A DNA stretch of 50,973 nucleotides from a virus. Its lineage: Duplodnaviria > Caudoviricetes. Each line of letters begins with the position of its first letter. The first letter of the stretch is position 1. The notes beneath the pieces were generated by a model, which saw nothing but the letters and a program-made list of their open reading frames with translations, was not told the origin of the DNA and made no database searches. A program made the position numbers and the translations under genes. This document shows positions 1-9,785 of this stretch, in pieces. The DNA lies in IMG/VR virus record IMGVR_UViG_3300018080_000032, positions 1 to 50,973 of that record, one strand, 5' to 3'.

Positions 1-123
1 TCTGAGCGGGGGCAATCCTGTCCAGGGGCCGCCCCCGCTCACCCTACGTCTCTCTACCGGATATGTCGGCAACCAACGCCAGGACTCTGGCCTTCCCTTG
101 CGTGCAATCACCCGGCACCAACA
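1..123 (+). repeat. Terminal direct repeat, left copy (identical to 50851-50973)
   Basis: tctgagcggggg...cggcaccaaca occurs at both ends of the window. Confidence 0.98.
3..41 (-). terminator. GC-rich hairpin after the last tail gene (terminator or mRNA-stabilising stem)
   Basis: TGAGCGGGGGC / GCCCCCGCTCA 11-bp inverted repeat just after the stop of 44..439; no clear U-tract. Confidence 0.5.
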
Positions 124-439
124 AGGTTAGGTCGATCGTGTCCGCCGCCGTGTAGACCTTGCCCTTGGTGCAGTAGGCACCGGTTGTCTCCGGCGTGCCT
201 CGGTAGGTTCCCACCGTTCCTTCGGTCACCTCTGTGTTGTCAACCCAGCCATCAGGATCGAGCCCGTCGCCGGCGTCAATCGTCGGATTCGTGCCGTTCC
301 AGGCTTCCGCGATCTTGACCCATACCGCGAGAACAAAGACGTCGGCCGCGAGCGACACGCTTGCGTGCGCCCCGCCGCCGTCTCCGAAGCCGATCTCGTC
401 TCCGACGATCAACCAGGTCTTCGCGATCTCCTGAGTCAT
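44..439 (-). CDS. Small beta-rich virion protein at the end of the tail module
   Basis: 131 aa, Gly/Thr/Asp-rich, ATGA-coupled to the hub gene. Confidence 0.6.
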   Translation of the reverse strand: MTQEIAKTWLIVGDEIGFGDGGGAHASVSLAADVFVLAVWVKIAEAWNGTNPTIDAGDGLDPDGWVDNTEVTEGTVGTYRGTPETTGAYCTKGKVYTAADTIDLTLLVPGDCTQGKARVLALVADISGRET

Positions 440-1686
440 CCGTCGGCTCCCCGGAAGCGCGAGTTGTGGAAAAGTCCGCCGGGCACTCCCACAAACTCCT
501 CGTTGTGCCGGGCGAAACCGCGCCGCATGGTGACATCTCCTACGGCGACAGACAGGTCGAATGGTCTGTCCCCCGACTGCTCGAGGTCCCAGCTTCGGAC
601 CACGCCAGTGCCGCTAACGCCGAAGATCTCGCAGCCCCAGCTGACCTTGTCCCGCTGCGAATAGCGAACGCCGGAGGCGCTGTTGAACTGAGCCGCGACC
701 GTGTCAGTGAGCGACAACGTGACGAATTCTTGCGCAGCGCCTTGCTCGTCGAGTAGCGCCGCGGCTTCGGTGGCCGATGCGGAGTATGTGCCGTTCTGTA
801 GCGTGGCTGTGCCCTCAAAGTTCCCGATACTAGACACGCTCGACGGATCCGAGTCCCATGCGACCGTCTGCGGTGAGCCACTACCGGAGCCGAACACGGC
901 CAGGATATTGACCACTTCTTCGTAGGATTCGACTACATCGAGCGCCTTCACCGCCCCCTTACGGGGCGTCAGAAGCACGCGCCTGCTATAGTCGTTATTC
1001 TCGTACGTGGTTGCGACGCGCACCTCGTGCGTTCCGGCTGGGTTCTCAACCGTGTAGAGATAGAGCCCGTCCTTCGCGGCCACGTGGAAGCAGAAACCTC
1101 TTAGGTTGTTGCGCGACTGCTCGTTGACGGTGATGCTGTTGCCGTTGCCCTGGTTGGCCTGGCCCTGGTACGTCCAATAGGGCCCGGCGCTGCCGCGCGT
1201 CTCGGGGTAGTTTGTGGGAGTCACCGGCGAAGGACCCCATGCATTGCGCACCGCCGTGAGGATGATGTCGTCGGAGTAGGTACTGTAGCTGGCATCCGAG
1301 TTCGTCGCGCTGAGGTTGATTCCGCGGCGCAGGATGTTGTTCAGCCAGGTCTCGCCGGTGAACTGGATCCGAGCGCTATCGGGCGTGCCGTCGTGGATCA
1401 AGCGCCGAGACATGAGCGGGCCTGACCAGGCCGGCGTCGTGTCGTTGCGAATATACGCGTCGATCGACCAGTGATACCAGGCGTTGTAGGGGTTGAAGGC
1501 GTCAGCATCGTTGGCGACCTCGTCGAGCCATGCGACGTCGAGGGGCACGGTCAGGCTAAACTGGCCGATCTGGTGATCGACAAGACCGCACTTCACGTGT
1601 TCCCAGTGGCCGATCCGGTACGCGCGGGCCCGCGTCGTGTTCTTGATCCAGAATGCGACGTTCCTGTGACTCAGGTAGTCGGCCAC
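436..1686 (-). CDS. Minor tail / baseplate hub protein (ReqiPepy6 Gp37-like)
   Basis: Follows TMP and Dit; VVNILAVFGSGSG motif and C-terminal beta-strand pattern typical of hub proteins. Confidence 0.7.
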   Translation of the reverse strand: MADYLSHRNVAFWIKNTTRARAYRIGHWEHVKCGLVDHQIGQFSLTVPLDVAWLDEVANDADAFNPYNAWYHWSIDAYIRNDTTPAWSGPLMSRRLIHDGTPDSARIQFTGETWLNNILRRGINLSATNSDASYSTYSDDIILTAVRNAWGPSPVTPTNYPETRGSAGPYWTYQGQANQGNGNSITVNEQSRNNLRGFCFHVAAKDGLYLYTVENPAGTHEVRVATTYENNDYSRRVLLTPRKGAVKALDVVESYEEVVNILAVFGSGSGSPQTVAWDSDPSSVSSIGNFEGTATLQNGTYSASATEAAALLDEQGAAQEFVTLSLTDTVAAQFNSASGVRYSQRDKVSWGCEIFGVSGTGVVRSWDLEQSGDRPFDLSVAVGDVTMRRGFARHNEEFVGVPGGLFHNSRFRGADG

Positions 1687-2576
1687 TACCAGCTCCCGAA
1701 CTCCGGCAACCAGACGCCGGTCAGCGTTGCTGTGCCGGTTCCCGTCGTCCGGGTCGCGGTGTAGGTCGCGCCAGCGGCCGTTGCTGGTACCCAGTCAAGC
1801 GGATTGATGCTGATGTTCGACGGGTCGCTAATCACAAGCTGTCCGCGCGTGGTGTAGCCGAAGTCGATGTAGTCGCCGTTCGCGAAAGCGCTGGCGTGGG
1901 TCAGCGTCGCGTAGGTGGTCGCCCCGATGGTGAGTGTCACAACTGTGATCGTCCCGCTGACCGAGGAGAAGGTCAGCCGACAACCAACTTCCTTGATCTG
2001 ATCCGTGCTACCCCCGAGGGTGAAGGTGTCCGGACTCGCACCAATGCTGGCCGTGTCGCTCGGCGGTGTGCCGCCCTCGATCCAGACGCCGTCCGGGTTG
2101 CGGAAGTAGACCGGATAGAGGTAGAACGTCGTCCGGTAGCCGTCATCCCGTTCGCCGTACTGGGGAGTGAAGGCGGGCCGCAGGCTCTTAGGCCGGAGCG
2201 CATGGACGTTGGCGTGCCGCGTGACTGTGGCTGGAACTGCGTTCTTGCGGCTGATCTCAAGCTCGACCAGGTCGTCGAACGGGTTGTAGCGCTGCTGCAT
2301 CAGGCCCCAGTCGTCGAGCAGCACGCGGTCTATCACGGCCTGGTCGCTCGAGGAGCCGCCGTATTCGCCGAGTATCAGCATCAGGCCAGTCCCTGGCTGA
2401 GCCTGGATGTCGCCGAGCTTCACCCGAATGCCATTGAAGAGCACCGCTTCCGGGCGGATCGTGTCGCCTTCGTTGAATTCGGGGAACAGCAGGATCGACC
2501 GGTCAACGTCGCCCACGGTCTCGGCACATGCTGTGCCGTTCCACTTGACCGTGACCTCGCTCAGCGGGGCCGTCAT
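1686..2576 (-). CDS. Distal tail protein (Dit-like)
   Basis: 296 aa directly downstream of the tape measure gene; beta-rich. Confidence 0.65.
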   Translation of the reverse strand: MTAPLSEVTVKWNGTACAETVGDVDRSILLFPEFNEGDTIRPEAVLFNGIRVKLGDIQAQPGTGLMLILGEYGGSSSDQAVIDRVLLDDWGLMQQRYNPFDDLVELEISRKNAVPATVTRHANVHALRPKSLRPAFTPQYGERDDGYRTTFYLYPVYFRNPDGVWIEGGTPPSDTASIGASPDTFTLGGSTDQIKEVGCRLTFSSVSGTITVVTLTIGATTYATLTHASAFANGDYIDFGYTTRGQLVISDPSNISINPLDWVPATAAGATYTATRTTGTGTATLTGVWLPEFGSW

Positions 2577-5500
2577 GTCGTCACCGCCGATCCCTCGCGT
2601 CGCTTCTCGAGCGCGCGGCCGAGCTCGTCGAGCAGAATCACGTTGTTCTTGATGTCCTTCACCGCGAGCTCGCCGAAGTTGTGGCCGCCTGGGAGTTCCA
2701 GCGTAGCGACGATCGTGTTCTGGATGGTCGGGGAGAAGTGCTCGACCTCGACCGCCTGTGCCTGCACCGGCCCCGAGAACGTGAACCCCTCGCCCGCCGT
2801 GAACGCCCCGCCTTCCGTGAAGCCCGACCCGCCGATATCAGCGAAGGCCTCGCCGAGCTCGCCGACCAGCTCGATTGTCGTCGTCAGTCCTATCGACAGG
2901 GGGTCGAAGAACATGTCCTGGATGACCGACGAGGCCTCGATCGCCGCAGTGACCAGCGGTGCGAAGATGCCCGTTCCAGCCGCCGCGCCGGTGCCCTCGC
3001 GCTGCAGTCGCTCCATCTCGCCAGGGAACCACTGCTCCATCCAATCGGCGAATCCCGCTGCCCGGAAGCCCTCCTTACCAGCGTAGGACTGGGCGCGCTG
3101 CCATAGCCGCTGGTAGTAGGCTAGCGTCTTGCCTTCTTCGCCCCCGGTGGCGGCCCCGAGGGGGTCACCTAGGTCGAGTCGAATCGGTATGGCGATTGGC
3201 TGCTCGGCCTGGCTCCGGAACTCAGCTACGCCCTGGGCGATCGCGTCGATGGCCGTCAGCGTCGCCTGTTCCGTCTCGTCGATGCTTGTTCCTGCCAGAT
3301 CCACGATTGTGGCCACGCCGCCGGAGCCGGCCTGCGTCGTCTGTTCGATCGCCCGCTCCGCCTCCTTGGCCGACTGGCCGTAGATCTCCGCGGCCCGGCG
3401 CCCGATCTCTTCGGCGATTCGCTGAGCCTCGCGCACTAGCGCGTCGATCTCTTCCTGACTATGGTCGAGGAGCGCCAGTTCGTAGGCGAACTCGGCTGCA
3501 ATATCGGCCATTCGCTGCTGATGTCGGTCGCGCTCCGCGTCGACGCGAAGATCGTGATTGTCCTTCCATGCATCGTAGGCGTCCCGCTCAGCCTCCTTTA
3601 GTCCATCAATGCGGGCCGTCTCCGCGTTGTGGAACTCCTCAGCGACTCTCTCGCGTTCGGCGATGCCTTCCAGGATCGTCTGGACGCGGTCCTGCTCGAT
3701 CTTCAGCAGGTACTCCTCGTTGGCGATGTGCTCCTTCAGCTTGTCGATCTCGGCCTGCTTCGCATCGATGATCGATTGCTGGGCGCCGATCTGGCCGCCG
3801 AGGTCCCTCTCTATCTCGGCGAACAGGTCGCGCACCGTCGATGCGCGCTGCGAGTACCCGGCCAGTAGTAGCTCGATGCTGCGTAGTTGCTCGCCGGAGA
3901 AGAGATGCTTCGATGCCTCGAGCATCTCCCGCTGCTCTTGCGTTGTCAGGCGGATCCGCTCGGCCTGAGACTTGCGCATCTGCTCGCGCTCGCGCGCCGA
4001 ATCCGGACCGAAGACCTGTAGCGAGTCGACCACGGTCTTGAGCTCGGCGAGCTTGCCCTGGAGTAGTGCGAGCCGTTCCAGCTCGGCCGGGATGTTCAGG
4101 TCGACCTCGAGGGTCGCAAGATCGAGCTTCAGATCGGAGATGCGCTCGGCCCAGTCGGTGAGGTGCTTCTGCCACGTCTCACGCTCCTTCTTCAGTCCGT
4201 CCATCACCGACTTGTGCCGCTTGTCCTCGGCATCCTGCAGGTCATCGAGGGCTGCCATGGCGGCATCGTAGGCCGCCTTCCGAGCCTCGGCCTCGTCTTC
4301 GAGCATCTGCATCACCGCCTCGTTGACCCGCTCCGCGTAGTTCTCGGCCCCCTCCTGGGCCCGCTCGATTGCCTCTACTGCCCTATCGTGGGCCTCCTCG
4401 ACAGCTTCCGCTCCGGCGACCCACGTCTCGTAGACCTCCTCGAGCCGTCGCTCCTCGTCGTCGAGCTGCTTCATACGCTCTTCGTAGGCGGCCTTGGCGT
4501 TGTCCTTCTGGACCTCGATGGCCTCGACATACCACTCCTTCTGCGAGCCGGACGCCGCCTTGTCGAGCTGGTCGAGGTGCTCGTCGTGGGATTCCTTCAG
4601 CTTACGGCGCGTCTCCTCGAGGCTCTTGCGGTACGCCTCCATCCGCTGCTCAAGGTTGTCCCAGTCCTTCACCTCGACCTGAGGATTGACGTCGGCCCAC
4701 ACGGTCTCGAACTCGGAGCGCAGTTGATCGAGCTCGGACCTCAAGCCCATCAGGTCGTTGATGGCCTCGCGCATCGCATCGAGCGGTAGCTGGCCGCCGT
4801 AGCGGATGCCTAGGGCCAGGCCCTCCATGATCAGGCGCCCGATCTCCATCATCAGACGGGACGGCGACTCGATGCCGAAGAACTGCTTGATGATGGCGGG
4901 TAGGGCCTCTATCTTCTCGGCCACCCACCCCTTGATGATCTCCCAGGCGTAGTCCATCCCGTCCTTAAGGCCGGTCATGATGTCCTCGCCGATCTTGCTC
5001 AGGTCGACGCTCTTGAACTTGTCGACTAGCCTGTCCCACTCGCGCTTCAGGTTCTTGAAGAATCCGACGATCTTCTTGACAGCCTTGTCGGTCTTGCCCT
5101 GGATATCGCCCCAATTCTGGGTCCAGGCCATGTAGAGAACGCCGATGAGGACGAGTAGCAGGCCGATACCGGTGGAGCCAAGAAGGAGCTGGATCGCGGT
5201 GCGCATCACGCCGGTGGAGATCGCCCCGGTAGCCATCGCAGCCTGGTAGGCCTTGAGGGCGGTAACGGCAGCATTTACAGCGCCCCCGATCATCAAACCG
5301 GCCTTGAACAGGGCGAGAACGGCGATGAAGTTGACGACGATCTGCTTGTTGTCCTTGATCCAGCCGAGAATGTCCTGGATCGCCTCAAGGGCGCCCTGCA
5401 CGGCCTCCTTGTTTTCGTCCCACATGTCGCGCATCTCGACGAGGGTTTCGTAGAGCTCGGATTGCTCGGTGCCGGCCTCGCCGCTGGCCTCGCCGGTCAG

Positions 5501-6730
5501 AAGCATCCGCTCGTTGTAGGAAGCGGACTGCTCCTCGGCAAGCCCCAGCGCGTTTCGCACGTCATCGATCGCCGGGATGAGAGTGGTGTTGATGAACTGC
5601 TTGGCCGTGTCGATTGCGCCCGGCATGGCATCGCGGAACATCGTCACGACGTCTTGGGCGACGGGAAGAAGGGCATCACCGAGAGCAGCCATGCCATCCG
5701 CCGCCATGGCTTTGATCTGCTTCGCCGCGTTAGGCAGAGAGGAGGCGGCCGTCCGCTCGAAATCGCCCGCAGCCTTTGTGCTGTCCTCCTGGATGAGCGC
5801 CCACGCGGCTTGAGCCTTGGCGCCCGCATCCAGCTCGCCGATGGACTCCTTGACGGAGCCAGCTGTCTTGCGCTGGGCCGACTCTAGACGCAGCTGCGAT
5901 TCGCGCGCCTCGAGGCTCTCAGCGCCGTATTTCGCGACGACACCGGCATGCTTCTCCTGAGCAATGGCCAGCTTCTCGGCGGCTCCCTCGGCCACGGTGT
6001 GTGTGTAGGTGACCTCGACCAGGCCCATCTCGAGAGCCTTGGCCTCGATGCGCGCCTGGTTGAGATTGACTCCGAGGGCCTTCAGCGGCTCCGCCTCACC
6101 GACGAGCCCAGCCCGCAACTTCTCGAGCACGTCCGCCGTCGGCAGGTTGTTGAACGAGCCCAGATCAGCCGCGAGCTGCACGATCTCCGTCGACATTCCA
6201 GCGGCGGCCTCTTCGTTGAGGCCCATTGCCACCAGTAGGTTGCCGTACGTACCCGACGCTTCCAGCGCTTCCCCCCGGCTCATGCCGAGGGCCATGGCCG
6301 AGTCGGCGGCGAACTCATCGATGATGTGCGCACTCTCGCCGAAGACGACGTTCACCTTGTTCTGACTCTCGGACACGTCCGAGGCCATCATCACTGACTT
6401 CAGCCCGAATCCAGCGGCGGCGATACCGCCAGCCGCGAGCCCCGCGATCGCCCACTTGGCCGCCTTGCCGAGAAGCTCCATCTGCCGTGAGGAGCTAGCG
6501 GCCGCATCGCCGGCGGCCTTCACGTCCCGGGCGGCCCCTTCGGCTTCGTCACCTAGGCCTTCCACGCGATCGCCAGCGCTCTCAGCCGACTTGCCGAACC
6601 CTACTACTTCGGTGTCAGCCACCTCAGCGGCTTCCGCCACGCCAACGACCTCCGCCTTCACCGCGCGGAGATCGCCGGTGTCGGCATCGGTGTCGATGAC
6701 GAGTACGACTTCGGTTCGGCCGCTGCTCAC
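2573..6730 (-). CDS. Tape measure protein
   Basis: 1385 aa; Ala/Gly-rich helical N-terminus (SESQNKVNVVFG, LAADLGSFNN), hydrophobic segments, GIESPSR motif, long coiled coil. Confidence 0.95.
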   Translation of the reverse strand: MSSGRTEVVLVIDTDADTGDLRAVKAEVVGVAEAAEVADTEVVGFGKSAESAGDRVEGLGDEAEGAARDVKAAGDAAASSSRQMELLGKAAKWAIAGLAAGGIAAAGFGLKSVMMASDVSESQNKVNVVFGESAHIIDEFAADSAMALGMSRGEALEASGTYGNLLVAMGLNEEAAAGMSTEIVQLAADLGSFNNLPTADVLEKLRAGLVGEAEPLKALGVNLNQARIEAKALEMGLVEVTYTHTVAEGAAEKLAIAQEKHAGVVAKYGAESLEARESQLRLESAQRKTAGSVKESIGELDAGAKAQAAWALIQEDSTKAAGDFERTAASSLPNAAKQIKAMAADGMAALGDALLPVAQDVVTMFRDAMPGAIDTAKQFINTTLIPAIDDVRNALGLAEEQSASYNERMLLTGEASGEAGTEQSELYETLVEMRDMWDENKEAVQGALEAIQDILGWIKDNKQIVVNFIAVLALFKAGLMIGGAVNAAVTALKAYQAAMATGAISTGVMRTAIQLLLGSTGIGLLLVLIGVLYMAWTQNWGDIQGKTDKAVKKIVGFFKNLKREWDRLVDKFKSVDLSKIGEDIMTGLKDGMDYAWEIIKGWVAEKIEALPAIIKQFFGIESPSRLMMEIGRLIMEGLALGIRYGGQLPLDAMREAINDLMGLRSELDQLRSEFETVWADVNPQVEVKDWDNLEQRMEAYRKSLEETRRKLKESHDEHLDQLDKAASGSQKEWYVEAIEVQKDNAKAAYEERMKQLDDEERRLEEVYETWVAGAEAVEEAHDRAVEAIERAQEGAENYAERVNEAVMQMLEDEAEARKAAYDAAMAALDDLQDAEDKRHKSVMDGLKKERETWQKHLTDWAERISDLKLDLATLEVDLNIPAELERLALLQGKLAELKTVVDSLQVFGPDSAREREQMRKSQAERIRLTTQEQREMLEASKHLFSGEQLRSIELLLAGYSQRASTVRDLFAEIERDLGGQIGAQQSIIDAKQAEIDKLKEHIANEEYLLKIEQDRVQTILEGIAERERVAEEFHNAETARIDGLKEAERDAYDAWKDNHDLRVDAERDRHQQRMADIAAEFAYELALLDHSQEEIDALVREAQRIAEEIGRRAAEIYGQSAKEAERAIEQTTQAGSGGVATIVDLAGTSIDETEQATLTAIDAIAQGVAEFRSQAEQPIAIPIRLDLGDPLGAATGGEEGKTLAYYQRLWQRAQSYAGKEGFRAAGFADWMEQWFPGEMERLQREGTGAAAGTGIFAPLVTAAIEASSVIQDMFFDPLSIGLTTTIELVGELGEAFADIGGSGFTEGGAFTAGEGFTFSGPVQAQAVEVEHFSPTIQNTIVATLELPGGHNFGELAVKDIKNNVILLDELGRALEKRREGSAVTT

Positions 6731-7017
6731 TTCTTGCCCTTCTTACCAGCCTTCTTGACCTTCTCGGCCTGCTTCTTCTCCTGGGCCAACAGCTCGTTGA
6801 CCATCTCGTCGATCACCGGCTCCTCGTCGGCCCTCAGCGCCCGCAGGTCTTCCATCGTGAACTGGCACCCGTTCCGGCCCAGCACAGCCAACCGCCACAA
6901 GTTACGGTAGAGCTGCGCATGGCGTGGATCATCGAAGCGCCCGTCTACTCCTCTGAGCTGTCCGGTATCTCTTCGGAAGCAGGCTCGGATCCGGCGGGTG
7001 CTTCCGTCGCTTTTTCC
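6727..7017 (-). CDS. -1 frameshift extension of the tail chaperone (gpGT-like), absent from the ORF track
   Basis: G GAA AAA at 7017-7011; the -1 frame is open (SDGSTRRIRAC...LYRNLWRLAVLG...EMVNELLAQEKK...KKGKK*) to a TGA overlapping the TMP GTG. Confidence 0.8.
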   Translation of the reverse strand, partial: GKSDGSTRRIRACFRRDTGQLRGVDGRFDDPRHAQLYRNLWRLAVLGRNGCQFTMEDLRALRADEEPVIDEMVNELLAQEKKQAEKVKKAGKKGKK

Positions 7018-7400
7018 ACCTCGACGGTCTCCTCCGTGTCACCCGTCTTCTCGCGCGAGTACTTCGTCACGAAGCGGCCGATCTGCGCCGCTGCCCGCGG
7101 GTGAAGCCCCTCGATCTTGCTGGCCACGATCCGCTTCTGTTGACCGTCCCTGCTCTCCAGAGACCACGTGAGGAGCCAGGTCTTCATCTCGGCCATCTCG
7201 CGCTTCTTCGCGTCCACCACGAAGATCTGGCGCCCCTCGTCGTCCGTGATACCAACCAGCGCCGCCGACCGAATGTCGAGCTGCTCGCCGTAGGTGATCA
7301 TCTCCCGTACGAAGATCGTCTCGCCCTCGAGCGCGCCGTCCTCGAAGGTGTGCGAGATGTTCGCCTTCGTGTCGACGAAGAAGAAATCCAGCTTGCCCAT
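6945..7400 (-). CDS. Tail assembly chaperone (gpG-like)
   Basis: Lies between the tail tube and TMP genes; slippery heptamer near its 3' end. Confidence 0.8.
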   Translation of the reverse strand: MGKLDFFFVDTKANISHTFEDGALEGETIFVREMITYGEQLDIRSAALVGITDDEGRQIFVVDAKKREMAEMKTWLLTWSLESRDGQQKRIVASKIEGLHPRAAAQIGRFVTKYSREKTGDTEETVEVEKATEAPAGSEPASEEIPDSSEE

Positions 7401-7424
7401 AGTCGTTTGCTCCTGTTGTACTGA

Positions 7425-7476
7425 TGGCCCGAGCGCGGGCGGGCACTATGGGCGCATCCCGTCCGCTCTCGGGCCT
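7425..7476 (-). terminator. Long GC hairpin between tail tube and chaperone genes
   Basis: GGCCCGAG...CTCGGGCC stem with inner GCGG/CCGC and CGGG/CCCG pairs. Confidence 0.45.
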
Positions 7477-7513
7477 TGGAACTCCCAGCCGCGGCGCCAC
7501 GCGGCATGCAGGC

Positions 7514-7933
7514 TTAGTCGAGCACCCAGCTACCGGTGATGACCAGCTCGATCTCGAGGAGCGTCTCGTCCTCCGATGGCTGCACGGGCTTGCAGCTCTG
7601 GATGAAGCAGTCGCCCGTGAAGGTCCAGCCCGACTCGAACGTCCACACGCAATCGCGCGGCTCGCCGGTGCCCATGCCCTCCCAGAAGGCAGCCTTCGCA
7701 TCAGGCGAGCCGCCGGCGTTGGGCTCCATTGTGATCTTCACGTTGTCGCAGCGCTGGAAGCCGGTGCGAGCGTAGCGCGGCTCGGTGTCACACGAGCCGG
7801 TCAGCTCCTGCAGCTTCGAGATGATCGCGCCGGCGCCTTCCACGTCGCCCACGATGACCGAATCCCAGGTCGTCAGGGAGTCGCTCTGGTTGTCGATCTG
7901 AATAACTCGGTCGCTTGGTCCAGGTGCAGCCAT
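7514..7933 (-). CDS. Major tail (tube) protein
   Basis: 139 aa upstream of the chaperone; C-terminal FTGDCFI...LEIELVITG pattern of siphovirus tube proteins; strong RBS. Confidence 0.75.
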   Translation of the reverse strand: MAAPGPSDRVIQIDNQSDSLTTWDSVIVGDVEGAGAIISKLQELTGSCDTEPRYARTGFQRCDNVKITMEPNAGGSPDAKAAFWEGMGTGEPRDCVWTFESGWTFTGDCFIQSCKPVQPSEDETLLEIELVITGSWVLD

Positions 7934-7945
7934 GGTCTATCTCCC

Positions 7946-8692
7946 TTAGAGTCGATCGAAGCCGATGAAGGTCGTGTCTGTCTCGGAGCCGCCCGGGGTT
8001 CCGGCATGGGCACCCTTGCAGGCCACATAGCGCTCCACCGTCCCGCTGACGGTGACCCGCTGACCGGATGTCGGCCAGGCGGTGATCTGTGTGAAGCTCA
8101 CGAGCGTCCCGAAGGTGATGTCGTCTGCGCTGTCGATAACCTCGTGAGTGATGCCGTCACCACCGTCGAGGTCCCCGTCCGTCGAGATCAGGTGCGCGAT
8201 GCCGCCGTTGGCAGACGATGCGCTGTTGTCCTGCGAGCTCGCCTCGGTGTCCCAGTCGGTGGTCTCGGCCGTCAAGTTGTGAAGGATGATGCCGAGCTCG
8301 AGCTTCCCCTCGACCTTGCCCCCGAAGTCGAAGCACGTGAGCTCCCCGCCCGGTTGCAGCACGCCCACCTTGGCGTCGTGGATGCGACAGCCCACGTAGG
8401 TACTACCGATGGCATCCGTGTTGAATGGCGAGAAGCAGACCACACGCGCACTGCTGGCCAGCGCGTGCATGCTGTCCATCAGTGCCTGCAGGTCATCCTC
8501 GGCCCACAGCACGAGTCCGAGCTCGCCGTCCTCCTGAAAGCCGACGGCCGCGTAGGTGGGCTCGGTCTCAAATGGCCCTTCTTTCTCCTGCAGCCGCTGC
8601 TTCCGAGCCGGTGTATCGAATTCCTTGGTGTAGCCGCTGGTCGAGAGCGCTATCTGGTCGTAGTACAGGAACCGTGCGGATGGGCCACTCAT
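7946..8692 (-). CDS. Second tail-tube-like protein with a C-terminal beta-sandwich domain
   Basis: N-half resembles the adjacent tube gene (TEPTYAAVGFQ vs TEPRYARTGFQ); C-half contains DSADDITF...VERYV. Confidence 0.55.
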   Translation of the reverse strand: MSGPSARFLYYDQIALSTSGYTKEFDTPARKQRLQEKEGPFETEPTYAAVGFQEDGELGLVLWAEDDLQALMDSMHALASSARVVCFSPFNTDAIGSTYVGCRIHDAKVGVLQPGGELTCFDFGGKVEGKLELGIILHNLTAETTDWDTEASSQDNSASSANGGIAHLISTDGDLDGGDGITHEVIDSADDITFGTLVSFTQITAWPTSGQRVTVSGTVERYVACKGAHAGTPGGSETDTTFIGFDRL

Positions 8693-9309
8693 TCGGCCAC
8701 CTCCAAGTACTCCAGCACGTCGGGCTTCGTGATCTTCCCGTCAGTGCCGCTACCAGCGATGAGGTCCGGATCCAGCCCGTGCTCAGCGATCAGCTCTGCC
8801 GCGGCGTTCGACATCGCCGGGCCCTGCGGGGCCTCGCCGCCCGTCTCGTCGGTGACATCCGAAGTCGGAACGATGACTACTGCGTTCGGGTCGCGCTCCA
8901 CGGGAACCAGGGCTCGCACCTCGGGATACTCGACCTGGAGATCCGCCATGCTCACCATCCCGCAGGCACCCGTCGGCTCGATCATCGATACGTCGAGCTT
9001 GTGGTCGGCGATGAGCTCCGCTGCGGCGTAGACGTCGTCATCCCCGTTCTCTTCGCAGATCCAGCCATGCTCCGTCATCCAATCGATGCTGGCTGCCGGG
9101 ACACCGACAACGATCTCTCCTGGCTCGTAGGACTTCATCGCCGCGTTCTTCTCGCGCTGGGCGACGGTCTCCTTGTTGAGGATCCGCGCCAGCAACGCAT
9201 CGTCCGCTATCACGTGGATCCGGAAGTCCGGCCGGCCAGGAAGCGGTAGGACCCTCCGTGGTACCGTGTCTCTCAGTTCTGTCATGATCGTGTCTCCCTG
9301 AACCGGCAA
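8689..9309 (-). CDS. Protein with two E3-binding (peripheral subunit-binding)-like domains
   Basis: AAAELIADHKLDVSMIEPTGACGMVSMADL and AAAELIAEHGLDPDLIAGSGTDGKITKPDV match the PSBD consensus; true start may be slightly downstream. Confidence 0.75.
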   Translation of the reverse strand: MPVQGDTIMTELRDTVPRRVLPLPGRPDFRIHVIADDALLARILNKETVAQREKNAAMKSYEPGEIVVGVPAASIDWMTEHGWICEENGDDDVYAAAELIADHKLDVSMIEPTGACGMVSMADLQVEYPEVRALVPVERDPNAVVIVPTSDVTDETGGEAPQGPAMSNAAAELIAEHGLDPDLIAGSGTDGKITKPDVLEYLEVAE

Positions 9310-9785
9310 GTCGTCATAACGAAGGCGTCGGAGGAGTAGCGGCTGTCTTTGACGAATACCGCGCCGTAGTCCTGGTCGAACTGGGCTCCGTCGCCGGTGT
9401 TCCAGTGGTAGCCCAGCGAATCGATCGAATCAGTCAGTAGCTCCATCAGCGCCAGGGTGTAGCGAGACATCTTCGATTCCAGCGTGGCGGTGTCTTGCTC
9501 GCGAACGAAGACGCCGACCCTGACTGTGTATGTCGCGTCGTGCACCTGGGCCGTCAAGGGACCGCGGATCCGCGATCGTTCGACCATCACGTAGGCTATC
9601 GGCCAAGTCTGGATGGCCTTGCGGTCGGGCTGGCCCAGACGCACCTCGGCGAAGGTATCGAGGGCAAGGCTGTCGCCATAGGCCGACTGAGCAGCTGCTT
9701 CGATGGCCGCGATCTTCGCATCGCAGTTGTCCTCGATGTAGCCCTTGACGTCCTGGGCGATCTTCTCTGCGCCGAGCCAAGCCAT
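9282..9785 (-). CDS. Tail terminator / tail completion protein
   Basis: Position in the neck region; WPIAYV motif and alpha/beta pattern like gpU-type proteins. Confidence 0.6.
   Translation of the reverse strand: MAWLGAEKIAQDVKGYIEDNCDAKIAAIEAAAQSAYGDSLALDTFAEVRLGQPDRKAIQTWPIAYVMVERSRIRGPLTAQVHDATYTVRVGVFVREQDTATLESKMSRYTLALMELLTDSIDSLGYHWNTGDGAQFDQDYGAVFVKDSRYSSDAFVMTTCRFRETRS

Noticed and set aside
1653-9031. Long plus-strand ORFs (e.g. 1653..3086, 7424..9031)
   Set aside because: Antisense shadows of real minus-strand genes in high-GC DNA, with no recognisable motifs.
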